From: Azolla caroliniana
Taxonomy: Eukaryota > Plantae > Polypodiophyta
Length of the DNA: 64,000 nt
Assembly (NCBI GenBank): GCA_043228905.1
Contig: JBHGNT010000008.1
Span: 21,514,001 to 21,578,000, forward strand
Direction: 5' to 3'
The notes under the pieces were generated by a model. The model did not search any database and was not told the DNA's origin. It was given only the letters and a program-made list of their open reading frames with translations. How positions within the stretch are numbered: position 1 is the stretch's first letter; the number at the start of each line of letters is the position of its first letter. This document shows, one piece after another, positions 50,031 through 64,000 of this stretch. The translations under genes and the position numbers were made by a program.

Positions 50031-51484
50031 ATGGGTAAGCTTCTTGCTTCTCTATACACACACAGACACACGCAAGCACTCACACAGACACACAGATGTA
50101 CACACCCACAAAGAGCGCTCTGTTGTGTTTTGATTTCCTTGTGGTAATTCTGCAGGGAAGGTTCATGGTTCTTTGGCTCGTGCGGGGAAAGTGAGGGGCC
50201 AGACCCCCAAGGTTGCGAAGCAAGAAAAGAAGAAGCGGCCAAAGGGGCGTGCCTACAAGCGCATCCAGTATAACCGCCGATTCGTGACTGCAGGTAAGAG
50301 AGGCGATTCCTCTGTTTCATGTGATTAGTGTTATTAGGTTTAGGGCTATTAGTGGTTAGTGTTGTTACTAGGGTTATGTTTGTTTGGGTTTAGGGTTATG
50401 GTGATTTGGTTAGGGTTATAATTGTGAGGTTTATGATTATGCCATATGGTTGTTAGGTTAGGGTAATGCCATATGGTATTTATAGTTGGGATTATACCGT
50501 ATGGTTTTTATGTTCATGTATATGGTTGTTAGGGTTAAGAAGGTTTATTTATAAGGTTTTTAGGGTTAAAGTAGTGAACCTGAGGTATGCTTCAACGCGC
50601 ACCGGAGAAAGAGTTAGGTCTAGATACTTAAAACAATCTGGAAATGATATATCAATCCTTTAATATGAACATCTCATCTAAAAGGGTTTTATGTTTATGT
50701 ATATGGTTGTTAGGGTTAAGAAGGTTTATTTATAAGGTTTTTAGGGTTAAAGTAGTGAACCTGAGGTATGCTTCAACGCGCACCGGAGAAAGAGTTAGGT
50801 TAGGGTTATTCTAGATACTTAAAACAATCTGGAAATGATATATCAATCCTTTAATATGAACATCTCATCTAAAAGGGTTTTATGTTTATGTATATGGCTG
50901 TTAGGGTTAAGAAGGTTTATTTATAAGGTTTTTAGGGTTAAAGTAGTGAACCTGAGGTATGCTTTAACGCGCACCGGAGAAAGAGTTAGGGTTAGGGTTA
51001 TTATAGATACTTAAAAACAATCTGGAAATGATATATCAATCCTTTAATATGAACATCTTATCTAAAAGAAACCAAGTTATAAAACTTGTCCGAAGAATGT
51101 TTCGGAGTGTCTAACCATATTAAGTTTGGACATAAGCAAGTTGTAACTTCCTACTTAAAGAATTATTACTAACAAACATAATGTAATATAATGTAACAAA
51201 CATGTCCTTGTATTTTTTGGGCTCCAACAGATTCATACATCTGATAATGACACTAGAAATAGATGATGCATTAATGTAACTTTTCTAAGGTATCTAATGA
51301 AGCATGCTGATTCTCTAAGGTTCTCTAATCAAATCTATCATTTATGTTTTGAAAAAGCTTGTGACAAATATTATCCTTCCAACATTTTTGGGTTTCCTTG
51401 CGTTAATCTTAATTTGTTGGTTTGTTTTGTGATGCAGTTGTTGGTTTTGGGAAGAAAAGAGGCCCAAATTCATCAGAGAAGTAG
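50031..51484 (+). CDS. RPS30: 40S ribosomal protein S30 (eS30); exons 50031-50034, 50156-50293, 51438-51484
   Basis: Spliced translation [62 protein letters not shown]; canonical splice sites. Confidence 0.97.
50505..51067. repeat. ~180-190-bp tandem triplication in RPS30 intron 2, rich in TTAGGGTT
   Basis: Three near-identical units containing gtgaacctgaggtatgcttcaacgcgcaccggagaaagag. Confidence 0.93.
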
Positions 51485-52734
51485 ATCTCTAGGGTAAGCT
51501 GGTAAGTTTCCTTGGCCAATTTCATTTATCGTCTTTTTCTTTTTACCAGTCATAGCCGATTGCAATTTTAACTTAATATTTACATGTGCTTTATTCTATT
51601 TCTAGATAATCAACAATATGAAGAGAACATGAAGATAATCAACAAAATGAGGAACACATGAAGATTTTTGTTAAAAAGTAGCTATTTTTTCTGCATTGGG
51701 ACAATTTTTGTGAAAAGAGTCTGAAATTGGTATGGCACATATCACAACTAGTAAATTAATTGGTAACAATAGATTCACCATATTATTTTTGTTTTTTCTT
51801 TGTTTATGTCTGATGTAATCGTGTCAGTTTTACATCAACAAACAAGCAAATTCAGTCTTTTGATGAAGTATGCCTTGTCTGACTATTTCACTGTAGTCTT
51901 ATGATGGATTACATATTATCTTGCAATTGCTGGTATAGTGACACCATTTTTTTTGCCATTGGAGTTAATGAGAAATGTCAAAAGGGACATATCTAGAAGC
52001 ATTTTATTCTCATCCTATGATGAAAATCGAGGAGCAATGTTTTTCATGGCAAAATAAGTCTTCTATCTTGTCTTAAAAGCAAAATCAAGTTTTACCAACA
52101 AGATACGATGAGGGAAAGGGAATTATTGAAGGATGAAAGGTCTGCAATGAGGCATGGAATAGATGAGTGGATAAAAACCTCGGTATGTTATGAAAAACGT
52201 TGTTTTTCAGAGAAAGAGCAAAGGTATGAGCTGGATGTTTTAATATGGTGCAAAGGTATAAACTTGATGTGTTAATATGGGGATACATCCCTCTTTAAGT
52301 AGATGAAGTTTGTAATGGCAAGCATAAATTGTTTTATGGTATTATGATTTAGAGTGTCAATGAAGAACTAGGTATCGGTGAATGTTGTTATTTGGAGTGG
52401 ATGATGCTAGTGTTCTCATTCCTGAGAGAAATAGGTTTTTTGTAATGTGGCTATTAGCTTAAGAGCCAGAAGGAACCAAGTATTATTACATGTTATAATT
52501 TACTAAAAATAAACTGTATATGTTGGAGATCGATATGTAATGAATGCAATTTGTTTTACATGTTTTGGTCTTTTATGAAACCTCTGAAAAACATTCTAAA
52601 ACTCCCAGATCTACCATTGCAAAATATCACTTGGAAAGTTGCAGGTACTGTCATGCTTGATTTAGGGATTGGATGGATTGCAAAATCATAATAGTTATTG
52701 CTTAAAAATGTGCACCTCCAATTGGGTTTTCAGT

Positions 52735-52968
52735 GATGAACTTCCACTTGAGTGAATTGCATTGGTCTCCCATTGCTTGTTATGGATCCAATGTATATAT
52801 TTTCGTATGTGAGATGAACTTCCACTAAACAGAATTGTATTGGTACCTCATTGCTTGTTATGGATCCAATGTATATTTGTTCGAATGTGAGATGAATTTC
52901 CACCTAAGAGAATTGCATTGGTCTCTCATTGCTTGTTATGGATCCAATGTGTATATGTTCATATGCGA
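52735..52968. repeat. ~78-bp tandem repeat, 3 copies
   Basis: Unit gatgaacttccac...cattgcttgttatggatccaatgt. Confidence 0.9.
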
Positions 52969-53279
52969 GGTGAAAGATAGATGGGCTACATGGGTGAGAG
53001 CGAGAGTCGAAACTCTCGTTGCATTATTTGCTTGCTAGTGACTCTAGTTGGGTTAGAAATTGTGCAATTGCATGAAGCTTATTATAGTAATTGTAATTTG
53101 GATTAGGTTGGTATGTCCACCTTCATGAAGAATCCAATAAAAGCTTTAACCTAATGAGATTCATGATGCGAGACACATGAGGGTCCAAAACTAAGAAGTG
53201 ATTTCTACCCCCAACAAAAGAGTTTGGATTTTGATGAACCCATGTAATTAAAAGAATGTATTTTGTCGTGCAATTTCCG

Positions 53280-53381
53280 TACATAGCATACAAAAACATA
53301 TACATACCATAACATACATAGCAGACATAGACACATTCATAAGATACATATATACATACCATACCATACATAGTACGCTCG

Positions 53382-53412
<31 letters not shown>

Positions 53413-53690
53413 AACATGCATACCATACATACATACATACATGCACACATTACATACATACATACAGGCACACATAACATACATACATACTTACATACAT
53501 ACATACCATACATACATACTTACATACATACATACCATACATACATACATACATACATACATGCACACATAACATATATACATAACATACATACATAACA
53601 TACATAACGTACATACATACATGATACATACATACAGGCACACATAACATGCATACATACATACATGCATGCAAATCCACGTGCATACAA
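53280..53690. repeat. Compound (CATA)n/(CA)n/(CG)n microsatellite upstream of the TMEM128-like gene
   Basis: Direct reading. Confidence 0.95.
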
Positions 53691-53787
53691 CTGTAAACGG
53701 CCATGAACTGATTGTCAACGCCTGTGAATTTGTGATAAATACGTACACACAAATGTCAACGCCCATGGGTTTGCCTTCATCCATTCA

Positions 53788-53822
<35 letters not shown>

Positions 53823-53920
53823 TTGTGTCCTGCTCCTCCTCCTTTCCTCTTGCAGTAACAGAGTAATTGCATTAAGACAGGTTAATGTGTACATGCATAT
53901 GATAAAAAAAAGAAGCAATC

Positions 53921-56900
53921 ATGGCTCTCCACAAATTCAGACAGTCAAGGTCCTACAGGCTTGACCTGGAGTTGGAGTCCCAACTACCACAATCCATAAA
54001 CAGGGTTCCATCAAAGCACAACACCAATGGTGTGAGTTTCTCTTCCAAGCCATCATCATTTGAATTGGAAAGCCGCTACAACAACAACAACTATTGCTTG
54101 ACTCGGCTTCTATTTCCACATAATTCACACATTCTTTCATCATCATCATCATCATCATTGTTGTGGTGGCGGTGGCGGATTCGAACCGCAAACTTCCTCT
54201 GGATCGCGTCCGCAGTATTCATCGTTTACTTCGGGGACTCGCGGACAAATTTGGTAGCTCTTTTGGTCTCCGACCCTCGCATCCACAGGTAGGTAACATT
54301 AGCCGTAACCAACTTGCTCGACCATTTCGAGGCCTAGTTTAAAACCTCCTTTTGGTGTATTTAAGTTATTTTGTTGACGTGAATTCAATGTACCCTTCTC
54401 GACAACTCGAATTATTGGATAATGTAGACAATAGTCATTGGGTTTCGTGTACTCTCACCATGTGCCGATAGCTAGCTACCCTTGACGTAATGGCTTTGTA
54501 TCACCAATGTGTTAGATTTTCGAAGGATCAAGATGAGGCATGTACCATTGCTTGCCCGAGAACAAGGATAGTTAGCCATTACTTAGGGTTTCTTGTACTC
54601 TCATCAATGATAGTTAGCCATTTCTTTGGGTTTCTTGTACTCTCATCAAGGATAGTTAGCCATTTCTTAGGGTTTCTTGTACTCTCATCATGGGTTAGTG
54701 GCTACATTTGATGATGTCATGGTCTTTGGATGACATGCCTTTTTTATATCACAATGTGTTACATTTGATAATGAAGAGACTTGTTACCAAGCACATTTTC
54801 TCATGCTCATTAGCATGTGCTACGTTTAGTGAAGGTCATTTGATAGATAGATAGGTGTATATAGATAGATAGATATGTAGATAATGGTGTGTCTCTTATT
54901 CAATAAATTGTTAGAACTTATTACCAAGCACACTACCCATGTATGTCATATTTTTTTATACTACGTATGCATATATGCTAAATTTGGTTTATACAATCTT
55001 AGTGACATGGAAAACCAAGATGGGAATGGTGGGGTAACAGGCCAATTGGCAATAGGTTGTATACCCAAGTGTTAGTATAATCTAATTGTCTCGAGTATAA
55101 TGATATTTTATGTTTCATTTCCTTGTTACTCTACGATAAAGTTCGTTTACGTATGCCATGTTGCTCTCTTATCATAAGGATGTTCTCGTAACTAATATAT
55201 AAAGTTCTTTTCCAAATCATGCTTCTTGCAAATACAAAGATTGATCCGGAATTTCCTGTGGTCCGGAAAAACAAAGGGTCATGTAACTTACATTAATGAA
55301 TGGATATCTTTAATAAAAGAAAAAAAAAGTTCTTTGCATGTAGCATGACAATGTTTAGTGAATTGAGAACATGGTCTCGTATGATCACTTGGTCATAACT
55401 TGCATGCCATTTATCAAGTAAGAATAATCTTATGTAATATGTGAAACCAATCTTCTCTCCAATTGATGTTCATGTATGTATCATGGAATATGCTAGATTT
55501 GTGTTCTTGTAGTATTTATTTCCTTACACATTACTTTTTTTGCTTCATTTGCAGAGTTTCATTCTATTTGGGATTGTTGTGCCTCGTTTGTAACGTTGGT
55601 ATCTTTTTGTATCTCTCCCTTCGCATACATACCATAAAAAAAGCAGAAAAGCTCCAACTTGTTGCAAATGATATCATCCCAATAATAGTGATGGTTGCTT
55701 TGTTGACTTTCATTTTGTAAGACCACATACCCTTACATTTGAAATTTTTAATTGTCTTATTGCTTTGAGAGCACTATATGGCAGGTACACATCCATGCAC
55801 CTCAGTCTATGTATGAATACATCATGTGAGACGTTCATGAAATGATCTTTGTAGTAAGAATCTATAACGGTTTGGTTTCAACTTAACTGGTTTGGCCTTG
55901 TCTGAGCCAAACTGGTTTGGCCCAAATTGGGTAAGCCTAAATTCGTTTGACAAGGCTTAAGTTGATTTGAGCCAAGCTCAAAGTAGTTAAGGAAGCTCAA
56001 GCTTGAATCGAGCTGAGCCGAGTTGAATTGCTAAATTGTTTAAAAAGGTTTAACGGCTCGATTCCGAGCTGTTGCCAACTCCTACTTTGTAGTAGTCCAT
56101 CTTTGTGGGAAGAGGCTTCCTTGCCATGCCAAGTTTTTTAGGTATAGAGTTGCCATAGATGGTGTCACACTACTTGTTCCTTTCATCATTTTGGAGAGGT
56201 GTCTGGTATCAGAAGGATGACAAGTTCTCATTGTTATGGCCATTGTTGTTCAACCACTTTGTGACATGGGAATACCATGATCCTTCTCCTTGTTTTGTTT
56301 TCATCGTGTCTTTCAATGTTTTGCCCACCTTTTTTGTAGTTTTTTGAGGTAGCATATTTTGGATTCAATTGATGACGTTCACTATTGGAAATAATGCTTC
56401 TACCATCATATGGGTTGGAGATATTCAGCTCAATTGATGTCATTCAGTGTGGAGGCTTTGCTACATATAATCCATGACACCATCATGATTGGTGGACTTT
56501 CTATGTGTTAGAGTTATGATCTAACGTAAGCATATGATAAGGATAAAAGATAGATAGATAGAAAGGAGAGAGAGAAAGAAGGGTGCCGATCCACCTGACC
56601 ACCCCCGAGCGAAGGGATCGAGACGGACTCGAGCCTCGATCGGCGTCCCATACCATCGTCGTGGCGTCGAGTCATACCTGGTGCTTGCGCGCTCGCTACA
56701 AGAGTTGACCCACCACGAAACAGAGTCTTGACGTAGTCAAGATATGATCAAATGAGGGTAGCTAGGCCTCATATTTATAGCGATACCCCAAGGCCCCCAT
56801 GCAAGTTCACACTTGGCCTAATGGGTTGTCTTAATCCCGAGGATTAAAAGTAATCCTCCCCTTCTTTACACTCTCGTTTAACCCTCACACTTATCCATGT

Positions 56901-59900
56901 GTATAGAATACTACGGTAAATTCTCACCACGGGATATTATATGGTCATGCCTGTAACATACTCCCCCTCTTTAAAACATTGCACTCTTGCAATGGAAATC
57001 TAGGATTATTTTAGTACGCAGATTTTTTGTTTTAACATTGAGAATTCTTTCTGGTACATGTGGTTTAGAAGATAATTCTTTAGAAGTAAGCAGAGTTTAA
57101 GTTGTAACTGTATTGTCGCAAGAACCTAGAAGTTCTTTTAGACAACTTTCATGAAAAACTGGATGAATTTCAACACCATCGGGAAGAGCTTGGCTTTCGG
57201 CGTTGTCCAGCTTTCGATGTCGGCTTTTGTGCGGCTTTCGTCCGGTCTTCGGCTTTCTTCGTTGTGGCAATCTCGGGTCCTCCCCCTCAAGCCGATGACG
57301 CAGGCTTGTAGTGTGTGGGTGAAGGCTGACTACTTCCACCCATTGTGGGTTACGAGCCACTTTGGTGGAGCTCTTGAGCTCTTGTTCGGCCGCTACCTTC
57401 ATCACAAATGCATAATGATGGGCCATGTACTTGTTGTAGCCGTGCTGAGTGACAGGGTTCTTAGCTCTAGATGAGCGTTGAAGTTTTTCACTTGCTGATG
57501 TGAGGTCCTTCTTTACTCTGGGTGTCCGCATGATGGGTACACCAAACTCACTGTCTAGTGAGCAAGCCGACGCATCCGAATCACTGTCGTCGGGGTGGTC
57601 GACTTCGTATTCGGGCATCTTACCTTTGCCTTTGTCCAAGTTGGTACTTGGCCGCAACGTGCTTGGGTCTCGTGGGGGCTCTTGTGGCCCACTAGGCTTT
57701 GCGGTAATCGGAATTTCTTTGAACATGCGTTCGAAGCGATCTCCATCTTTTACCTCTTGTTCGGCGGATTCCGGGTCAAGCGGCGTCAGAGTCGAAGTTG
57801 TCTCTGGTGCGTACAAGGATGCGGACTCGTCGAAGACTACGTCTCGACTTACCCGAACCGCTTGGGTAGCAGGGTTGTAGCACTTGTATGCCTTCTTCTC
57901 AGATGAGTATCCTATGAGGATACATTCCTCCGACTTCACGTCGGGCTTCTATCGTTGTTCGTTCGGGATGCGTACATTCGCAATGCTTCCGAACACCTTG
58001 AGGTGCGACAGGATCGACGTCCTTCCAACGAGGAGCTCGTATGGAGTTAGCTCATGCACTCCATTAGTGGTGCATCGATTCATGAGAAAGACGGCTATGG
58101 ATGCCACTTCGGCTATGGATGCATCATGGCACGTGCTACCTCAAGTATTTGCCGATTTTTCCTTTCAGCTACTCCATTTTGTTGGGGTATGTGTCAGCAC
58201 GAGAATTCTCTCCGAATGCCTTCACTTTGGAGGTAGGAGGCAAATTCATCGGAGAAGTACTCCTTGCCTCCATCCGATCATAGGCATCGAATGTGCCTAC
58301 CAGTTTCTTTTTCAACTTGGCCCTTGAGCTTTTGGAAGTGGGAGAACACTTCGTTCTTCTTCTTCATCGGGAAGATCTACGTGTAGCGGGAGTAGTCGTC
58401 GATGAAGGTGACGTAGAATTGGCATCCGTCGATCGTCGGCATTTGAGCCAGTCCCCATACATCCGAGTGTATGATGTCAAGGAGGCCTTTGCTTGCATGG
58501 CTCTCCTTCGGGAATGGGAGTCGATGTTGTTTGCCGAGTTGACACGCTTCGCATACTCAGTCGACTCGTTTTGACTCGAATGTCGAAAGTCCAATGACGA
58601 CTCCCTTTGATTGCATAGCTTGGAGCCGTTGGAGGTTGATGTGGCCAATTCTCTTGTGCCACAACTCGATGCTTATCTCAGTTTTGAGACCTTTGGCATA
58701 CATGGCCGATTTCACCTCATTCAAATCGAGGATGAACATGCGACCGTCTCTCCATCCCTTGGCTATGAGTCGACCATCTTTCTCGATAAAACAACCTTCG
58801 TTGTTGAAGTGGACTTGCATGCCTTGCTCCATGATTTGACCGATGGAGACCAAATTCTTCTTTATTGTGGGCACATGCAAGACATTCTTGACGCAAGTTT
58901 GCTCGTCTTCTTTCCTGAATGGGACATTGCCGATGTGTCGAATGGGATGTGTGGTGTCGTCTCCCGTCTCTATGAAGCCGAGTCGGTCCGGCGTTCGTAA
59001 GTCACGAAACCACTCTTGGTGTGACATCATATGATGTGAGGCGCCGGAATCAACGAACAACACGTCTTTCGAGTTGGAGGTGCTTGCAGAGTTAGAGGCT
59101 GACATAGAGTTTGCTCTATGCCTCATTACGAACAGTCCGCCGTAGTCATCATATTCAGAGTTGGCGGCGTAATTCATGAGTTGTCGACTTATCGAAGCCA
59201 ACTCGCTTCTTCTTTTTCGGCACTCCTCGCGGTGGCCGATTTTTCCGCAACAGTTGTAAGTTGCGGGCCTCATTTGCCAACCTTTTTTACCATGAAATCT
59301 CCCCCTTCTTCCGAAGGTTCCTCAATGGCTTCCGTGAAGGTTTGAGTTCCCTTTGTGTGATGGGCCGAATTGGCTTCTTCTACCGCCGTGACCTCATCCT
59401 CGGCCACCATCCGAATTCGAAAAGAACATTTGTCCTTCCGATGTCTTGGTTTTTGTTTGGACGTGGTTCTTTTCAACCATTAGCATTGATTGAAGGTCGA
59501 AGAACGAAGGAGGGTTTTCCCTCGCCAAGATTGTCATCCTCAACGAGTCGAATTGTTGTGTGAGGCCGCCCAAACATACTTGAACCATCTCGTCTTTGTC
59601 AACGTTTATTTTGATGGAGCCAAGCGAGTCGCAAATGCTCTTGATCTTGGCGGTGTAGTCCGACACGGACATGTATTTTTGCTGAATGTTGTTCAACTCT
59701 TGTCGGAGTTGAAGCTTTTGGGCGGTCGTGTTGGCGGCGAGCATTTTCTTTAAGTTCTCCCATGCCTCTTTGGGCGTCTTGGCATCTCGGATGTGGCTAA
59801 GCATGTGGTCATGGACACATGTTGCCAAGCAATACATGAATCGACTCGCCACTTGCTCCCATGTTGAGTAGTCGGCGTTCTTTGGGTCGGGTCGATTTTC

Positions 59901-61669
59901 TTGAGCGTCGTTGATGTAGCTCCAATACCCTTGGCTGACGAGGTATTGGGTCATTTTGTACTCCCAAGATGAATGATTGCTCCGGTCTAGCTTTTCACTA
60001 GGGAGCGGGCTACCCATTTGTGTGTTCATGTTGATTGTAGTGTCTTCTCTTCTTTTTCTTTTCTTCCTTCGATCACGTACACGTGCTACGTAGCGGCACT
60101 ACAGTAACCGATAGCCAGATTTTGTTGTTGACGTCTCGAACACACAATCATGGAGTCATGTGGGCTTAGTGGATTTTCTAAACCACACGATTTGATACCA
60201 TGTTAAGAATTAGGTAAGTAATTAACGAAGGATTAATTAGTACCTAATTATGTGATTAGTTGATAAGCGGAATATTAACTGATATGTTTGTGTATGTGTG
60301 TGAGAGGGAGAGAGAGAGAAGTACACTTATGAGCAACACAAGATGGGGGATGATTAACTCTATATTAAATTAGCATTATCATCATCAAATACAAAAATAC
60401 CCACAATGAGGTATATATAGATCTCATGTGCAAGGGTGCACATGTGTGAGGATAATATAGGTACAAAAGTGTCAGTCCTATATTAAATGTACTTAGGAGT
60501 GGAGGATCTAGAATATCCCACTTAAGTACAAGGTCCTATTTAAGGCGTTACAGTCAACACTTATGACTAGATTCTATCTAGGTAACTACGAAGTTACATG
60601 GTTGACTAACTAACTAAACTAAATTGAGCTTGATCTCTCAACAATGACATACTAGTCCTTTGTAACATACTCTAATATGTGAGAATTATACATCTAGTTC
60701 TCTAACTATTCGTAAGACGAATACATAAACATCAAGCTCTCTTGATAAACTAGTCCTCTTGACCTTAGTCTTTCCTAGGGCATTGAGATGATGTGGTAGA
60801 CTTGCATGATTCAAAGACTAATTGATTACACTATTTGTCTAAAGAAGAATGTGAATTGGTGTACCCAATACATACTGAGTTGATTTTTGCATTGTAATAT
60901 CCCAATTTTGGAGGTACTTAGAGAAGTCTTCAGTAATACTCTTATGGTAGTCCAACCTCTTTCATGAGAGAAAGAGAGAGATTGAATGAAGGTATAATAT
61001 TCTATGGAGAAAGAAATGGCACCAAAATCGGAATTCAAGAGAAAATCAACCACACAACTCTAAGAGTCATTTTATATTGATGAATTGGAAATCTTGACCA
61101 TAAGAAAACAAGATCATGCACTCATTTCATACATATCTCCATTGTGATGTAAATAAATAAAGATAGAAATATGTAGGCGTTAAACCCAAGGCCTTGAGGG
61201 TAAATTATAACATGGCATACAAATTGAGTGGGCTTGTCCACATATATATAAAAAGAGTAAGAAAGATAATGCACCCTAGTGCATCTAACTCTTGAAAGAG
61301 ATAGAGCTGATAGCTTTTAAAAAACTCATCTACTCTCACAACTAACCGAGGTTTCTTATGTTTTATGGTTGTGTGTTTAGATTCACCCATGCCCTATGGC
61401 CAATTTGGGGATTCTTAGTGCTCCCAATGCAAGTAAGCATCTTAATTTGGAGCTAAATGAACATGATTTACACATTTGCGTAATGATGTTGAGTACAATA
61501 TAAAGTCCAACTTTTACTATGAACTCTAAGGCTTTATGGGTAAAATCAATATAAAGTCCAACTTTTACTATGAACTCAAAGGCTTTATGGGTTTTACATG
61601 CAGATTACTTTTTTCATGGTATTTGGGGTGATCATAGCTCCATATACAATTCCTAATATCAACTTGTAA
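53921..61669 (+). CDS. TMEM128-like multi-pass membrane protein; exons 53921-54288, 55555-55716, 61381-61432, 61604-61669
   Basis: Phase-consistent splicing: NFLWIASAVFIVYFGD...DPRIHR|VSFYLGLLCLVCNVGIFLYL...LLTFIL|FTHALWPIWGFLVLPMQ|ITFFMVFGVIIAPY...*; the ALWPxW motif is characteristic of the family (from recall). Confidence 0.8.
54568..54692. repeat. ~41-bp tandem repeat, 3 copies, intronic
   Basis: Unit gatagttagccattWcttagggtttcttgtactctcatcaa. Confidence 0.88.
55855..56084. mobile_element. Small hAT-family MITE in intron 2
   Basis: Perfect 8-bp TSD CTTTGTAG (55847-55854 and 56085-56092); degenerate TIRs; gagcc/ggttt subterminal motifs. Confidence 0.8.
56506..60677 (-). mobile_element. 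Ty1/copia 5' half joined to a gypsy-like 3' end; non-matching LTR-like ends (56506-56957 and 60201-~60677)
   Basis: PBS TGGTATCA at ~60193-60200 (-); copia gag, CCGKIGH knuckle, protease VDSGASHHM, GAG-pre-integrase LWHKRIGH, FIGY/KAYKCYNP; no copia RT or RNase H; then IHPVFHESCLK and PPT agagggggag. Confidence 0.85.
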
Positions 61670-61773
61670 GTTGAACCTAGGAGGTAATATATGATATCTA
61701 TAAAGTAATCACTTGAGGATTAGATGGTACAAATCTTTGTTAGGGACAAGGCATAGCTAACAATGTGACGAAC

Positions 61774-61814
<41 letters not shown>

Positions 61815-63057
61815 GTCAAGTTTGAATATAGGCGTTATTGAATAAGATCTCATAATGTCTATACTTAGATTATTCTCCTTCCCCAATACTTGTAGAGACC
61901 TAAAGACAATCATGTCACATGTAAAATAGGAAGGGAAAGACTTATATGGTTGGGTTATTGTTGAATCAAGACTTTAGGAGGGTTATCATTGCTTGGCAGA
62001 TAGCTTGACGATGAGTCAAGATGCAACATGTGCCCAAGCTCTAATACACTTGGGCTCATAAATTTCCAACATAACATGGCTACCCATGTTTATATTTGAT
62101 CTTATGGTATATGAAATTGTAAAAGGGACAATGTCCATGTGTAAATTTGTTGATAGTTGAGATTTGGAATGAGATGTAAAATTATATTGTAATAGGGTTT
62201 GAATTGGACTTGATTTGAGCACATTAACTTAATAATAATAAAGCATAACATATACATTAAATCTTACTCTATTTTAAGTACATGTCGTCTACTTAATTTC
62301 CTTTCATTCCAAGATGGAGACATGGATATCAATGCCCAAACAACAAGTGCTATACAAAGAAAAAAGTGGCTAAAGAGAAGAGAATTCAAGAAATAAGACT
62401 ATATCTATTTAGTTGTAATTTGTAAAGACTATAGAAATAATTTTTAGACTTTTTCTAAGGGCTGATTTATCCTTTATCAACTAAGCTAGAGCTTAAGTCT
62501 TCTAATCTTGTTTCTTTTCGCCCATAAATAATGCCTTTCATTATTAAAGAAAAGCAACAACATGACTAACTTACAACAAACTATAGAGCTCTAGGGATCT
62601 AAATACTACTATGAGCTCAATCCCATTCGACACACCAATTCAAATGGCGAATATGATGACATGTCACCTTGCACAACTAGCTCTCTTAAGGTCGAGATTC
62701 TGTCACACTTCTAACATTGGCAATTGCCACTAAAGAAGTTCTTTTAACTTTACAACATATTTTCTGACCTTAACTTGCGATTCAAAAGTAAATGCATTCT
62801 GGATATTCCAATTCAACCATAGCCCCAAACACCTCAAGAACTCAAAAATAATTTGGAAATGACACATTACTACATTGTTCTCCATATGCACGAAAACCCA
62901 ATTGAATGAAGATCAATTTACTCCAATCAGAGACATCCACATTAAATTTATATACCTCCAAACCATTCTCACCATTAGGCATGAAAGAATCAATACCTAC
63001 TATGTTCCAATTCAACTGAATGTCTAAATGTTTCTTTTGTTTAATGCATATCCCAAT

Positions 63058-63272
63058 TTGCAATCGTCAATGGTTCGGTTCGAGAGTGTCAAACTCAAAT
63101 AATTTAAAACCCAACTGTTTATAAAAATTAAAACTTAAACCGAACCATGAAATTGTTTAAACTAAACTGTTACAAAAAACTCAAGCTCAAACCAAATGGT
63201 TTTAGAGACTTTCAAACCTTTGAATTGTTAAACCATTAAAACCACAATTTTGTGGTTCGGGTTTGGTTTTGT
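63058..63272. mobile_element. Truncated hAT MITE of the 14266/46795 family
   Basis: ggttcgagagtgtcaaa and ggttttagagactttcaaacc shared with the other copies; right end missing. Confidence 0.75.
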
Positions 63273-64000
63273 CCTTTCTTGTCTTTTTAATTGAGTAGTA
63301 AGGTCTATTAATTACATTTCTTAGACACTTTAGTGTAGAGAATAGTTAATATAGTTTGCCTAATGATTAAAACTAAGGTTAACAATTAGTGGAATATGGA
63401 AAATGATTCCTAAATTGAAAGGAAATGTTTATTCTTCCTACCACATAAAACAAATCAAACAAATCCTCTTGCCATACAAACCTATAATAGATACTACAAC
63501 TTTTAGGTTAACACTTAATGGCCAAGCTTGGATAGGGTTTAAAACTCTCATTGAAGACACTTATGTCAACAACAAATTCATATGTTCTCATTGAAATGAG
63601 AAGCAATAAAGCCATTACAAGACTACGCTATACACACAAAGAACCAACACCACAAATGTGAGGTTGCAGACAAATTGTTTGATGAAAACTCATGAATAGA
63701 TAATAGATTCACTCTATGTGTACATGATAAGATGTTATATAATTTCTTACTAGGTCAAAGGTGTAAGTTATTCTTTGAAACTTTGTCGATGGTCGTGGTC
63801 ATGAAAAATTCCAACCACTCTAGCTACAAACCTAGGAGGGGTAGTGACACAAAATACACCCACAAAGCCACATTGGCCAACAAACCGCATGCAAGAAAAT
63901 ATTAGGTGCACAACATGCCAGGGTTATCACATTGGCCAATCTAGAGCTCGATATGGTAACCTTTCTTGTTGAACACAAGTTGGCGTTAGCTAACCACCTA

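Noticed and set aside
50000-50320. 106-aa minus-strand ORF
   Set aside because: Antisense to RPS30 exons.
56506-60677. Intact copia element with paired LTRs
   Set aside because: The termini are not homologous, RT and RNase H are absent and there is no clear TSD.

Overview
Eukaryotic, TE-rich land-plant nuclear DNA. A fern or other seed-free plant is likely, inferred from the PLS-class PPR gene, self-priming Tcn1-like chromoviruses and Tx1/L1-like LINEs. Five host genes, all on +: SDH7 (3 coding exons), an intronless PLS/E-class PPR, importin alpha (10 exons), RPS30 (3 coding exons) and a TMEM128-like gene (4 exons, with a retroelement in intron 2). The rest is mostly nested TEs. There is a short-LTR Ty3/gypsy element with a tRNA-Ala PBS, interrupted by an LTR-like insert with tRNA-like A/B-box units. 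There is a four-level nest: (CATA)n microsatellite > LINE > non-autonomous self-priming LTR element > solo LTR plus a 9.5-kb Athila-like element. Further LINEs, a decayed Tcn1-like element, a Copia/Gypsy chimera and hAT MITEs with 8-bp TSDs complete the picture. Most striking: (1) the Athila-like element has no PPT and instead carries a second, oppositely oriented tRNA-Arg 3'-end match, suggesting tRNA-primed plus-strand synthesis, plus a ~1000-codon extra ORF; (2) a LINE family found repeatedly at (CATA)n microsatellites; (3) a non-autonomous Tf1-style self-priming element with heat-shock-element arrays and two tandem-repeat arrays as cargo. All calls are by eye; no database searches were run.
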